DNA of 63,302 nt, filler included, from an uncultured Planctomycetaceae bacterium (GTDB lineage Bacteria > Planctomycetota > Planctomycetia > Planctomycetales > Planctomycetaceae): the NCBI GenBank assembly GCA_963976765.1. It is 6 parts of 6 records of this genome, joined end to end, with 100 filler letters (N's around TTAATTAATTAA, not from the genome) between each part and the next. Parts side by side here need not be neighbours in the genome. Positions count along the whole stretch, not along the records: positions 1 to 12,198 come from CAXBME010000065.1; 5 more parts are not named here. One strand, given 5' to 3'. The first letter of the stretch is position 1, and each line of letters starts with the position of its first letter. Shown here piece after piece: positions 1 through 9,852 of this stretch. Under the pieces are notes generated by a model. That model was not told the origin of the DNA, did no database searches, and was given only the letters and a program-made list of their open reading frames with translations. The translations under genes and the position numbers were made by a program.

Positions 1-55
1 CCCTTACCCAACCCGAACTCTCATAAGCCGTGGTACAGAAATCAGGGGCACTCCA
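1..55 (+). mobile_element. Right end (IRR) of an IS3-family element
   Basis: ...CCCGAACTCTCATAA (reads LTQPELS-stop, like an IS3 OrfB end) then GCCGTGGTACAGAAATCAGGGGCACTCCA, ending in CA. Near-identical reverse-complement copy at 35441-35500. Confidence 0.7.
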
Positions 56-545
56 TGATGCCTTGCTGAGTGCATTTGCAATGTCTGGTTCATTAAGTGC
101 GTTTGCATTTAGTTGTCGGAGTTCTTCGAAACTGACCAATGCTTTCTCACCTTGTGCCTTCATTGCCTCAAAGATGTCTGTAAACTCTTGGGACGTGAAG
201 AATTCCAAGGTTTGGCTTTCTTTTTGGCACGTTACAACATCTTGCAACAGCCGATGGACCTCGCGGTCACCATCGGTTTTGAGTGCCGGTTCGATCAGTT
301 TTAGCTCGTCAATCAGACCAATGGGTGTTCCCGGACTAAACGCAAGTGCAGCCCGTAATGGCTTGTCGAAGAGTTCCTTGTTGATCTCGGGTGGAACAGT
401 TTCGGCTGCGGTTTCTTCATCACCCTGCATGAAGATCGCTGCAATTCCAATCACGGCAACAATGAGAATGCCAGCGACAATTGGAATGATCGGCTTTTTG
501 TTTGCTGGAGACTTTTCGTCCTGAACTTCTTCTGCATCGTCACTG
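56..545 (-). pseudogene. Fragment of a single-TM membrane-anchored protein interrupted by the IS end
   Basis: Open frame DDAEEVQDEKSPANKKPIIPIVAGILIVAVIGIAAIFMQGDEE... runs into the IS end at 55. No ATG is found upstream before an in-frame stop near 754. Confidence 0.45.
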
Positions 546-560
546 CTTGTCGTTGGACCG

Positions 561-995
561 TTGGCTGTCGGTACGAGATACGAATTTGAGGAGTCGTGGG
601 AGCTATGCGAAGGCTCGTGGTGGTACGAGTATGCCGTCGAGGAATGCGTGTTCGTTGAAGAGACCGACGAAAACAATCGAGGCACAGGCGTGTTTCTGCG
701 ACCGCTTTCACGGGAAGAGAAAGACGAGATTGTTGAGCGATTCGCCGCTCCTTACCGAACGATGTCGGAGGAGAAGCTACTCAGCAAAGTCGGGCGAACA
801 TTCGTGAGTACGGGCGAGGGCCGTCACGGCACTCCGTTTCGGGTAACTGTGACTGTTGAGGAATCGGATTGCCGAAGCGAACTATGGTTTCAGGCTGAAG
901 TGGACGACGGCTTGGAACATTTCGGTGGTGGTGGTTGTGCCTACTTCCACCGCAAAGTGCCCGCCTCTGAATCGTGTAACTGGATCAAGGAATGA
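561..995 (+). CDS. Hypothetical acidic protein (start uncertain)
   Basis: 144-aa ORF with protein-like composition and a TTG start. No family recognised. Confidence 0.35.
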   Translation: MAVGTRYEFEESWELCEGSWWYEYAVEECVFVEETDENNRGTGVFLRPLSREEKDEIVERFAAPYRTMSEEKLLSKVGRTFVSTGEGRHGTPFRVTVTVEESDCRSELWFQAEVDDGLEHFGGGGCAYFHRKVPASESCNWIKE

Positions 996-1029
996 TTCTG
1001 AGGTGTCATTCCAAAAGTTGGAACGGCTT

Positions 1030-1635
1030 TCAGGCATCGAAGTCGGGCATGTTGGACTTCAGCCATTCGTGAGCATTGTCGGCCTCAGTGTCACCGAACA
1101 CCGAAGCTCCAATCTTCTTTTGTGCGGCTGCGATTCTACGGCTGACCATATTGCTCTCGATGGCCTCGCTCTCTTCCATACCGAGTGTCCGCAGAAGAGG
1201 CTCTATCGTGGGGCCGATGAATACCTTTATGAGTGGGTCTTCAAGCGACAAGTGAAATGCCATCCGGCATTTGCATGGCAAGTCTTCGGCGAATTCAACG
1301 ATCCGGTCATCGTGAGACCGCAGTGGATGCCTCTCGGCGACCAGAATAACGTACTGCCGGTCATCAAACGTCAGCAGAGACGTGAGATCGCTCGTTAGTT
1401 CGGAGGCGAGCCGCAGGTCAAAGTCTGCGTCAATCGCCGTCTGAAGTTCGCTCAGATACTTCAGCGTGTCGGGAAAATGAGTGACAAGCAGTATCCCGGC
1501 AGGCTGCGAGGCAGCTTCTTTCTCAATCTCCGCTCGAATGCCACTTTCTTTGGCCTTTTCAGTCAGCCAGATGCGATCAGGCAGAAATTCAACGTTCGAT
1601 TTGTTGCCACCGAACAGAAATCCAAATAGTCCCAT
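1030..1635 (-). CDS. Stand-alone SecA C-terminal-like protein
   Basis: VAERHPLRSHDD, FHLSLEDPLIKVF and LGMEESEAIESNMVSRRIAAAQKKI resemble SecA GTERHESRRID, FYLSLEDDL and EAIE..MVSRAIE.AQKKV. There is no N-terminal ATPase domain. ATG at 1635. Confidence 0.6.
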   Translation of the reverse strand: MGLFGFLFGGNKSNVEFLPDRIWLTEKAKESGIRAEIEKEAASQPAGILLVTHFPDTLKYLSELQTAIDADFDLRLASELTSDLTSLLTFDDRQYVILVAERHPLRSHDDRIVEFAEDLPCKCRMAFHLSLEDPLIKVFIGPTIEPLLRTLGMEESEAIESNMVSRRIAAAQKKIGASVFGDTEADNAHEWLKSNMPDFDA

Positions 1636-1767
1636 GTGATGCTCATTATGATCGAGAAGTGCGACCCGCCAAAAGTATGATACAGCCGAGCAACGGTGCC
1701 AATGAGTGACTGGCAGGGTGCGCAATGATGAAGATGTGACCTGTTTCATAATTGAGAAGTCGTAGCG

Positions 1768-2340
1768 ATGGCTCGTCAGTTCATCGACCTGAGAGACGGC
1801 GGTATTCTGCTCTACGAAGAGCCTTTCCTGCCTCCAGAGCTTTCAGACCGGTACTTTGTCGAGTTGAGGGATAACTGCTGCTGGGAGCAGAAGCCCGGTG
1901 TGTTCGGGCATAAGCAACCCAGACTTACAGCTTTCTATGGCGATAAAGGATTGACCTATCGATACTCAAGTACGGTCAACGTAGCTCACTCATGGACGCC
2001 GACTCTGCTTGAAATCAAAGACAGCATCGAAGCTGTTCATGGCGAGTACAACTCCTGCCTGCTGAACCGCTATCGATCAGGATCAGACAGCATGGGCTGG
2101 CACTCTGACGATGAACCAGAAATGGGGAACGTCATTGGCTCCGTGTCATTGGGGGCGACTCAAAAGTTCAGAATCAGGCACAAGGCGAGCAGGGAAACGA
2201 TGACTTTTTCTGCTGGGCATGGGACGCTCATCATCATGGCAGGAACAATGCAGCAGTTTTGGCAGCATGAAGTCCCTAAGACTAAGCAGGATGTCGGCGA
2301 ACGAATTAACCTTACCTTCAGGCAGATTCAAAACGAGTAG
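1768..2340 (+). CDS. AlkB-family 2OG-Fe(II) dioxygenase
   Basis: PRLTAFYG, NSCLLNRYRSGSDSMGWHSDDE (HxD), WQHEVPK, RINLTFR. Confidence 0.9.
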   Translation: MARQFIDLRDGGILLYEEPFLPPELSDRYFVELRDNCCWEQKPGVFGHKQPRLTAFYGDKGLTYRYSSTVNVAHSWTPTLLEIKDSIEAVHGEYNSCLLNRYRSGSDSMGWHSDDEPEMGNVIGSVSLGATQKFRIRHKASRETMTFSAGHGTLIIMAGTMQQFWQHEVPKTKQDVGERINLTFRQIQNE

Positions 2341-2363
2341 CTGTCCAGTCATTTAGCGAGTAC

Positions 2364-2726
2364 ATGGCTTCAAAAGAATTCATTCAAGTGAAACTGCTTT
2401 TTGTTTGCAGCAAGAACCAATGGCGAAGCCCAACTGCCGAGCGGCTTTTTGATGGATTCAACAACTACGCCGCAAGATCAGCAGGAACGGAGAAAGGTGC
2501 TCGTGTCAAAGTGACGGCTGGCCATGTCGGCTGGGCTGACATGATTTTCGTCATGGAAAAGAAGCATAAACGCAGGCTTGAGGCCCAGTTTGCTGACATT
2601 CTTGTCGCCAAGAAACTCATTTGCCTCAACATTCCAGACGACTACGCCTTCATGGACTCAGCTTTAATTGATCTGTTGAAAGCGACTCTCAGTTTCCACA
2701 TCGAAATTCCAAAGGACACTGAATGA
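2364..2726 (+). CDS. Low-molecular-weight protein tyrosine phosphatase-like protein
   Basis: LFVCSKNQWRSPTAE (CX5R P-loop), ARSAGT, WADMIFVME, CLNIPDDY. Confidence 0.85.
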   Translation: MASKEFIQVKLLFVCSKNQWRSPTAERLFDGFNNYAARSAGTEKGARVKVTAGHVGWADMIFVMEKKHKRRLEAQFADILVAKKLICLNIPDDYAFMDSALIDLLKATLSFHIEIPKDTE

Positions 2727-3127
2727 GTCGACTCAAAACGACATCGAGATTGATTCTGGCAGTCTTCATGCTTGGTGCTGGGATCATGCATTTCGTCAAG
2801 CCGGACTTCTATCTCAAGATCATGCCGCCGTACCTTCCGGCCCACTACGAACTGGTGATCCTGAGCGGTTTCTGCGAAGTGGTGCTTGGCGTTCTGCTAT
2901 TTGTGCCGAAAGTTTCCAGAATGGCTGCATGGGGAATCATTGCCCTACTGATTGCCGTCTTCCCAGCAAACATCTACCTCTTTCAGAATCCAGACATTCT
3001 GCCAGCGCCGCCGATATTTCACCTGTTGCGGCTTCCATTTCAGGGGCTTTTGATTCTTTGGGCTTACTGGCACACGAAATCCAAGAGCCAAGATGAATCT
3101 TGGTCCGATTCTCCATGCGATCCTTGA
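2723..3127 (+). CDS. DoxX-like small membrane protein
   Basis: GIMHF...MPPYLP...SGFCE...AVFPANI...RLPFQ pattern with four hydrophobic segments. Confidence 0.8.
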   Translation: MSRLKTTSRLILAVFMLGAGIMHFVKPDFYLKIMPPYLPAHYELVILSGFCEVVLGVLLFVPKVSRMAAWGIIALLIAVFPANIYLFQNPDILPAPPIFHLLRLPFQGLLILWAYWHTKSKSQDESWSDSPCDP

Positions 3128-3189
3128 CGAGTACGTCTGGCCGATCAGCCACAGCAGTGTTCTTCCATCGTCATCAACCAAAGAATCAG

Positions 3190-3645
3190 TCAGTGTTCCC
3201 CGATGTCTTCGTTCCAGAGTTCAGGCTTGGACCGAATAAAGTCCTGCATCAACTTAACACACACAGGGTCGTCAGCGATTTCAAGCGTGACTCCCCTCGA
3301 CCGAACATACTCTTCCGGCCCTCGGAATGTCTGGTTCTCTCCGATGACAATCCGAGGAATGCAATAGAGCAGAGCCATGCCCGAACACATGTCACACGGC
3401 GAGAGTGTTGAGTACAGCACGGCCCGGCGATATTCGCTGGCTTTGAGTCGCCCTGCATTCTCAACGGCATCCATCTCGGCGTGCAGAATTGCACTGCCAT
3501 TCTGCACTCGACGATTATGACCTCTTCCAACAATCTCTCCGTCGATCACTAAGACGGAGCCGATGGGAATACCGCCCTCGGCCAACCCCTTGCGGGCTTC
3601 TTCGATAGCAGCTTGCAGGAATTGCACATCGGTCGCTTCAGTCAT
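3190..3645 (-). CDS. Nucleoside/cytosine deaminase (Zn-dependent CDA family)
   Basis: EGGIPIGSVL, HAE, SPCDMC, WNEDIG. ATG at 3645. Confidence 0.9.
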   Translation of the reverse strand: MTEATDVQFLQAAIEEARKGLAEGGIPIGSVLVIDGEIVGRGHNRRVQNGSAILHAEMDAVENAGRLKASEYRRAVLYSTLSPCDMCSGMALLYCIPRIVIGENQTFRGPEEYVRSRGVTLEIADDPVCVKLMQDFIRSKPELWNEDIGEH

Positions 3646-3911
3646 GATTTCTTCAGTACCAGTTTGATGGACAGCCACGGAATAAAGAAACAGGCAAGGA
3701 CGGCCAGCTTCCAGAGCCCCAACCCACAATAGAAAATGACATCGAGTTCATGATTTGTCAGACCAAACATTGACCCGTGAAGATCGTGGATCACGTTGCC
3801 CATTAGCAGAATGGCACCAAGCCAGATGAAGACCATGGCAAAACCGAGTATCCAGCAGCGAAGCAGGATTCGGTTCAGCAGAACGAGAGTCTCTCGTGTT
3901 GAGTCTGATAT
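3642..3911 (-). CDS. Small two-TM membrane protein (start appears to be ATA)
   Basis: LLRCWILGFAMVFIW...LHGSMFGL...YCGLGLWKLAVLACFFIPWLSI. Its stop overlaps the deaminase ATG. AGGA-N8-ATA lies at 3911. Confidence 0.6.
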   Translation of the reverse strand: MSDSTRETLVLLNRILLRCWILGFAMVFIWLGAILLMGNVIHDLHGSMFGLTNHELDVIFYCGLGLWKLAVLACFFIPWLSIKLVLKKS

Positions 3912-3915
3912 GATT

Positions 3916-4722
3916 TCATTCCTGAATGGCTCGAAGATACCGCTCCGCTGATCGATGAACTGATGACTTTGCGTCAGTGAAGACGGTCTTGCCCCACCAT
4001 GCTCCATAGATGCGATCAAACTCAAACGGGTCAACCGCATCCACAATCTGGCGAACGGTCGATACAGGCAGCGGGATCAGGTTCGGATAGGAGTACATGA
4101 AGCTCACCCAGCGCCGATCCTGAACGACTTGCAAGATGTCGCCACTCAGAATTACACCATTACCACCTGCTCCGTCAGGCCAGTGCAGAACGGAACCGCC
4201 TTCAAAGTGGCCGCCACAGTGGACCAGCGTGATTCCCTTGCCAAGCTCTTTGTTTTCACCGTCCCAGAACTCGATAGCGGAGTCAGGACGCATCACCCAC
4301 TGACGGTCGGCGACGTGCAGATAGATGGGGCAGTCGAATGCTCTGCTCCATTCGAGCATGCCGGTGTAGTAATGCGGATGACTGATGGCAATGGCCGAGA
4401 TGCCACCGATGCCTTTCACCATCTCGACAACAGCATCGTCGATCAGCGGTATGCAGTCCCAGAGAATGTTTCCTTCCGGGCGAGTGATGAGCAATGCCCG
4501 TTGACCGATGGCGAACGAAGGCTCCATTCCTATTCCGAAAAGACCAGCTTCTTCCAGCCTGACGACGTTCCGATGCGACTCCTGAAGATTCTTCAGCATC
4601 GTCCATTTCTGACCTGTCCAGCCGATAAATTGTCGCTCGTCAGTGCAAATGTTGCATTCGGCTGGTGGCTCATCCGACTCGGCGTATTGAGCACCGCATG
4701 TTGTGCAAATGAAGTTTGACAT
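3916..4722 (-). CDS. MBL-fold metallo-hydrolase
   Basis: N-terminal CxxC..CxxC, then AISHPHYY, HCGGHF, SGDILQV, FMYSYPN. Confidence 0.85.
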   Translation of the reverse strand: MSNFICTTCGAQYAESDEPPAECNICTDERQFIGWTGQKWTMLKNLQESHRNVVRLEEAGLFGIGMEPSFAIGQRALLITRPEGNILWDCIPLIDDAVVEMVKGIGGISAIAISHPHYYTGMLEWSRAFDCPIYLHVADRQWVMRPDSAIEFWDGENKELGKGITLVHCGGHFEGGSVLHWPDGAGGNGVILSGDILQVVQDRRWVSFMYSYPNLIPLPVSTVRQIVDAVDPFEFDRIYGAWWGKTVFTDAKSSVHRSAERYLRAIQE

Positions 4723-4734
4723 GGCAGCATTCCA

Positions 4735-5322
4735 TCATGATTCGGTAAGACCCGTTGGGGCGTCGTTCTCGCTGATCTCTCGGATGACCCGACAGGGGTT
4801 ACCAGCAGCAAATACGTTCTCAGGGATGCCCTTCGTTACAACGCTTCCTGCACCGATTACTGTTTTTGATCCAATCGTGATGCCGGGACAGATGATCGCT
4901 CCCCCGCCAACCCAGACATCGGAACCAATCGAGACAGGCTTGCCGGATTCCTGCGTGCGACGCAGCTCGGCATCCATTGGATGCGTGGCCGTGTAAATCT
5001 GAACGGCGGGGCCAAAGAGCGTAAACTTACCGATTCGAACCTCGCAAACGTCGAGAACGACGCAGTTGAAATTGAAGAAGACCCGCTCGCCGAGGTGAAT
5101 GTTACTGCCATAGTCACAATAGAACGGCGGCTGCATCCAGACGGAATCACCGCCGCTGCCAAACAACTCAGTCAGAATCTGACGGCGAAAATCCTGTTCA
5201 CTCTCCCGAGTTGCGTTGAGGTTCTGGCAAAGGTCTCTGGCATGTTCTCTGGCCCGGACGAGTTCGGAGTCGAGAGGATCATACAATTCACCAGCGAGCA
5301 TCTTCTGTTTCTCGGTTGTCAT
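4735..5322 (-). CDS. maa: Maltose/sugar O-acetyltransferase (hexapeptide repeat)
   Basis: EKQKMLAGELY, PPFYCDYGSNI, VWVGGGAIICPGITIG, GNPCRVIR. Confidence 0.85.
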   Translation of the reverse strand: MTTEKQKMLAGELYDPLDSELVRAREHARDLCQNLNATRESEQDFRRQILTELFGSGGDSVWMQPPFYCDYGSNIHLGERVFFNFNCVVLDVCEVRIGKFTLFGPAVQIYTATHPMDAELRRTQESGKPVSIGSDVWVGGGAIICPGITIGSKTVIGAGSVVTKGIPENVFAAGNPCRVIREISENDAPTGLTES

Positions 5323-5505
5323 CGTGCTGCCTTCACTCTCACATCGCCAGACCATGCTGAACTATGAAAGTCATTCGACTCATCGAGTGTCAGCTTCTGG
5401 TCAGGATGAATGTATTTCGTCCTTGCTGTTTCAATCGAATTCTATCCGGCTACGAATCCGCTCGGTAGAATCATGCTTTCTCTAATCCAGACACGAGACA
5501 ATCTC

Positions 5506-6225
5506 ATGAAACCAATCCGACTGCTTCTCCTGTTGCTGTTTGCCGCAAGCAACAACTTTACGTTCGCTGCCGATCCCACTGGTCAGAACGCTGCCACCTT
5601 GGAGACGCAGGTGAAGGTGCAGATGGACTATCTGCTGTATCTGCCAAAGGACTACGAGAAGCAGGAATCGTGGCCACTGCTGCTGTTTCTCCATGGTTCC
5701 GGGGAGCGTGGTGACGATCTCGAACTCGTCAAGAAGCATGGACCACCGAAACTCATCGCAGCAGGCAAAGAGTTCCCCTTTATCGTCGTTTCACCGCAGT
5801 GTCGAAAAGATCGACGCTGGGAACCCATTGAACTTAATGCTCTGCTTGATGATCTCTGCAACAGGTACAAAATCGATCAGGATCGTATCTGTGTGACAGG
5901 CCTGAGCATGGGCGGGTTTGGCACATGGCAAATGGCCTCGTTCGCCCCGAACCGTTTAGCTGCCATTGCTCCGATCTGTGGCGGCGGCGAAGTCTACTGG
6001 ACCCGCAGTTTTACACACCTGCCTGTCTGGGCTTTTCATGGTGGAAAAGACACTGGCGTACCACTCGAACGATCTCAGGAGATGATCGATGCCCTCAAGA
6101 AGAAAGGCGGCGATCCAAAGTTGACGGTCTATCCAGAGGCTGGCCACGACTCATGGACTGAAACTTACGACAATCCTGCGTTGTATGAATGGCTGCTGGA
6201 GCAGAGGCGGATTACGAAGGAGTAG
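5506..6225 (+). CDS. Secreted alpha/beta hydrolase (phospholipase/carboxylesterase-like)
   Basis: Signal peptide, LFLHGSGERG, GLSMGG nucleophile elbow, FHGGKD, GHDSW. Confidence 0.85.
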   Translation: MKPIRLLLLLLFAASNNFTFAADPTGQNAATLETQVKVQMDYLLYLPKDYEKQESWPLLLFLHGSGERGDDLELVKKHGPPKLIAAGKEFPFIVVSPQCRKDRRWEPIELNALLDDLCNRYKIDQDRICVTGLSMGGFGTWQMASFAPNRLAAIAPICGGGEVYWTRSFTHLPVWAFHGGKDTGVPLERSQEMIDALKKKGGDPKLTVYPEAGHDSWTETYDNPALYEWLLEQRRITKE

Positions 6226-6422
6226 CCATGTCGAAGAATCAGCGGCAGCAGCCACGGAAACCGGCCACCAAGCTGCCGAACCTGCAAGAGAAATGCAGAA
6301 GCAAAAGGTTCAGGCTACAAAATTTCGAAGACGAAATGAGTCTTGAAGATGACCGGGTAGATGCTTGATTTGCTCATGAATGTCTGTGATGAGAAGATCA
6401 TGAGCATGACTTCTCCCAACGG

Positions 6423-6722
6423 TTAGTCATACATGCCGACTTTGCCACCGTAGGCTGTGAAGACGGTTTTCGCATGGACCGCCAGAATGTCCGTAAGTGC
6501 CGGGTCGTTTGATGAGAGCGGTCTGTCTGGTTGAATCTCGCCCTTGCGAGCAGCCAGCACGATTGCCGCCAGAACATGCTCAACATCGACGGGCAGATGC
6601 GTCCGTTCTTCGAGTTTGATTGCCAGATCAAACAAGACATCTGCCAGCGATGGATCGACGGTTGCCTGTCCCGAAGTTGTCACAGTGATGCCGGGTACGA
6701 TCTGTTGATTGCTATTCGGCAT
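6423..6722 (-). CDS. Hypothetical protein
   Basis: 99-aa ORF immediately downstream of the sulfatase, in the same orientation. Confidence 0.55.
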   Translation of the reverse strand: MPNSNQQIVPGITVTTSGQATVDPSLADVLFDLAIKLEERTHLPVDVEHVLAAIVLAARKGEIQPDRPLSSNDPALTDILAVHAKTVFTAYGGKVGMYD

Positions 6723-6737
6723 CTGGCACCACGAGTT

Positions 6738-8135
6738 TCATTTCCTGTCCCGTCCCATCAGTCTGTGGAGTTCATCAGTGAGATTCACAACTGTTTCTTC
6801 CTGACTTCCAGCAACGTTCACGTTCTCGTGGGGATCAACTTTGTGATCGTAGAGCATTCGTGACGACTGCTTCCCCGTCTTGTCAGTGTACTCGGTAAAT
6901 CGGAATGTGTTGGTACGGATCGTGTCGCCGTTCTGGAACCGCCCTACGGCAGCAGACTTCCATTCGGCCTTCGCATTCTTCATCAGCGTGACAAAGCTGC
7001 GACCTTGCAGATGATCGGGCAACGACAGACCAGCGAGTTCACACAAACTTGGATACAGGTCAATCGTCTCAATGAGTCCGGTTCTCCGCTGTCCGCCATT
7101 GATTCCCGGAGCCCGCACGATCAATGGAATCTGCATCGAGGTCTCGTAGCAGGAGTGCTTACACCACAGTGTGTGCTCGCCGAGGTTCCAGCCATGATCG
7201 CCCCACAGGACCACGATTGTATTTTCAGAGAGTTCAAGCCTGTTGAGTTCATCAAGCAGCTTCCCGATCTGAGCGTCGGTGTAACTCACGCAAGCGTAGT
7301 AGCCATGAATCAGATTGCGTGCCGTCTCGTCCGACACCGGACCTTTCGCCGGAATCCCCGCATAGGCCCTCATTTCGCCTGACGTATGAATCGACTCCTT
7401 CGGAGCATCTTTCGGGACGTGATAGTTGTCGGGCAGGTGAATCTGGTCGTGGTCGTACAAGTCCCAGTATTTCTTAGGGGCAATAAATGGAAGATGCGGT
7501 TTCAGAAAGCCGACAGCCAGAAAAAATGGCTCTTCCCGCTCCTTCAGTCGTCGCAGATCAGCGATGGCTCGCTCGGCAATTACGCCATCGGCGTAGGCAT
7601 CGTCAGGTACATCTGCCGATTCCCACGCTGGTCCTCGCTTACGGCTGCCTTGTTTCTGACGTTTTGTGTGCAGTTCGTGATTTTCGGGGTTCCGATACCA
7701 TGGGATGTCTTTCGGTCTCCACGCCGATTCGGACCAGCCTTCACCGCTATCGGTTGGATGGTGAAATACCTTGCCGAGAGAAACGGTGTAGTAGCCATTC
7801 TTTCGAAACTGAGTATTCAGAGTCGTGATGCCGGGAGCATCCTGATCGGCTCGTGTAAGATAACTGACAAACCGATTGCGTGTTGGCCGAATCCCGGTCA
7901 TCAGACTGGCTCGTGACGCTCCACACGTCGGCACCATGCAGTAAGCCCGCTCAAACAGGACACCAGATTTCGCCAGCCGGTCAATGTTCGGAGAGTGAAT
8001 GTGCTGTTTGCCGTAACACGCCAGTTCCGGCCTGAGATCATCAACGGCGATAAACAACACGTTGGGGCGATCAGCAGCATGGATCAGGTTTACCACCACC
8101 AATAACAGCACCGCTGTCAGCAATCGAATTCTCAT
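6738..8135 (-). CDS. Sulfatase (iduronate-2-sulfatase-like S1 family)
   Basis: NVLFIAVDDLR, CGASRASLMTG (formylglycine motif), GKVFH, KPHLPF, WGDHGW. Signal peptide present. Confidence 0.92.
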   Translation of the reverse strand: MRIRLLTAVLLLVVVNLIHAADRPNVLFIAVDDLRPELACYGKQHIHSPNIDRLAKSGVLFERAYCMVPTCGASRASLMTGIRPTRNRFVSYLTRADQDAPGITTLNTQFRKNGYYTVSLGKVFHHPTDSGEGWSESAWRPKDIPWYRNPENHELHTKRQKQGSRKRGPAWESADVPDDAYADGVIAERAIADLRRLKEREEPFFLAVGFLKPHLPFIAPKKYWDLYDHDQIHLPDNYHVPKDAPKESIHTSGEMRAYAGIPAKGPVSDETARNLIHGYYACVSYTDAQIGKLLDELNRLELSENTIVVLWGDHGWNLGEHTLWCKHSCYETSMQIPLIVRAPGINGGQRRTGLIETIDLYPSLCELAGLSLPDHLQGRSFVTLMKNAKAEWKSAAVGRFQNGDTIRTNTFRFTEYTDKTGKQSSRMLYDHKVDPHENVNVAGSQEETVVNLTDELHRLMGRDRK

Positions 8136-9004
8136 TGTCCACCTTCAGTTGATTGTGCGTTCTGCCGCTCCTTCTTGAGCTTGAGCAGCGCACCGGGGAA
8201 GTCGGTGTATAGTCGCTCGACACCGGCATCGAGCAAATGTGTTATCGTGGCGGCATCATTGACCGTCCACGCTCCGACCTCAATTCCGGCAGCCTTGATC
8301 TTTCGGACATTCTCCGGCGTGACGCCGCTGTGGTGCAGCACGAGCGTCTCGAAGCCATGCTGTCTGGCGATGCGAATGTCTTCATTAATGTCTGTGCTGG
8401 CTCCCCGATCCCAGAATACCGGGATGTCTGGAGCCAGTCGCTTCACTTCAGTCATGTATGCAAGGTTTCCGTCGTTAAACCCGACCCACCGCTCAGCTTT
8501 CAGTTCTTTAACGAGAGCAACAGCAGCGGCTACGCAGTCCATCTTGGGTTGAATCGACACACGGCTTCTGTTCTGTTTCATGACCAGCAACAGAACGTCC
8601 TTCAAAAGTGGGATTCTTTCAGGCGGACATTCTTCGACACTCTGTTTGGTCCGCCGCCGAAAGTCACTGGCAACATCGACCTTCGCCAGTTCCTGATAGG
8701 TGGATTTGGCGACGACAAGATTCTGATCGCCGACACGCTTTGTTGTCGTGTCATGAATCACGATCAGTTGGCCGTCTTTCGTACGAAGGATGTCGAGTTC
8801 GATCCAGTCGGCACCGAGATCGATCCCACTCTGAAATGCCGGGATCGTGTTCTCCGGGAAGTCGCCTGAATTGCCACGATGAGCCGTGACACCGTTCTTC
8901 AGAAATGAAGTTGCCAAAGGTTGATGGCTGTCATTGCCTTCAGCCAAGACGGCATCGCTGAAAACGAAGGCCAGCAGAAAGCCAGTGAAACCGTTCAACA
9001 TCAT
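8132..9004 (-). CDS. Glycerophosphodiester phosphodiesterase family protein
   Basis: AHRGNSGDFPENTIPAF, ELDI...IHD, WTVND, TDFP. Confidence 0.88.
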   Translation of the reverse strand: MMLNGFTGFLLAFVFSDAVLAEGNDSHQPLATSFLKNGVTAHRGNSGDFPENTIPAFQSGIDLGADWIELDILRTKDGQLIVIHDTTTKRVGDQNLVVAKSTYQELAKVDVASDFRRRTKQSVEECPPERIPLLKDVLLLVMKQNRSRVSIQPKMDCVAAAVALVKELKAERWVGFNDGNLAYMTEVKRLAPDIPVFWDRGASTDINEDIRIARQHGFETLVLHHSGVTPENVRKIKAAGIEVGAWTVNDAATITHLLDAGVERLYTDFPGALLKLKKERQNAQSTEGGQ

Positions 9005-9005
9005 T

Positions 9006-9505
9006 TCAGTTCCTTACGAAGATCAGTTCTTCACATTCCCTGTAACGATCTGATGCTGGGGAATGGCGACGACCAGTCGGTACGAACCCGCACTTCTCTA
9101 AGACTCGAATCGATGCAACATTGTGAGCCGCTACGAACGATGACAGTGGCCGCTCAGGGATTTCCCGTAGCAAAAGTTGTAACGCCTGCGTGGCGATGCC
9201 TTTTCCCCAGAACGGTGTTCCGATCCAATAGCCGATACAGGATCGCCATCGGCTTCGAAACACGAGATGCACCCGGCAACAACATTGTCGGCTAGAATTG
9301 TTCTTACGCTGACTTTGACATCACTCAGAATCGCAGTCCAGTGAGCGTCAAATTCGTCTTTGCTTCGAGGATTTGTTGCGGCGCATTCATTCGCTTCTTC
9401 ATCGAGTTGAAACTCGAACAGAATCGGCAGGTCGACTGGCTCGACACTGCGAAGCTGAGTGACCGATTCACGGTTTGCCGGGCCTTTTGAATCGAGTTCG
9501 CTCAT
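9006..9505 (-). pseudogene. RimJ/RimL-type GNAT acetyltransferase split by a 1-nt frameshift
   Basis: The N-half (LRSVEPVDLPILFEFQLD...CFEADGD) and C-half (IGYWIG..FWGKGIATQAL...NVASIRVLEKCGF) lie in different frames. The junction is near 9240. Confidence 0.8.
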
Positions 9506-9522
9506 GTCTTGTGCCGCTGGAG

Positions 9523-9852
9523 TCATTGACGTTGGGCCGTGAATCCTGACTCGTCGCCCTGATGGAAGAAAATCATTCCGTCGAGAGTGTCGCCATTCAG
9601 GATCGCCCATCCCTGACCGGAAGTGGGCGACATTTCATCCATACCTTCGAACGAGAACTCAACTGCTGTCTGACCATTACGTTCGGTCTCCTGCCAGTCG
9701 ATTCCACACTGGACGTAGCCGAACTGAAACTCACCTTGATCTTCCGCTGTAAATTCGATGTAACCGGAGACTTCCTCATCCACAAAGTCCTGATCCCACA
9801 TCTCCATTGATGTGATGCGCCACCGGCCAGCAATCTGTGACTCTTGTGTCAT
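9523..9852 (-). CDS. Conserved-looking hypothetical beta-rich protein
   Basis: GRWRITSMEMWDQDFVD...FSFEGMDEM..GQGWA..GMIFFHQGDESGF. Its start overlaps the upstream stop. Confidence 0.65.
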   Translation of the reverse strand: MTQESQIAGRWRITSMEMWDQDFVDEEVSGYIEFTAEDQGEFQFGYVQCGIDWQETERNGQTAVEFSFEGMDEMSPTSGQGWAILNGDTLDGMIFFHQGDESGFTAQRQ

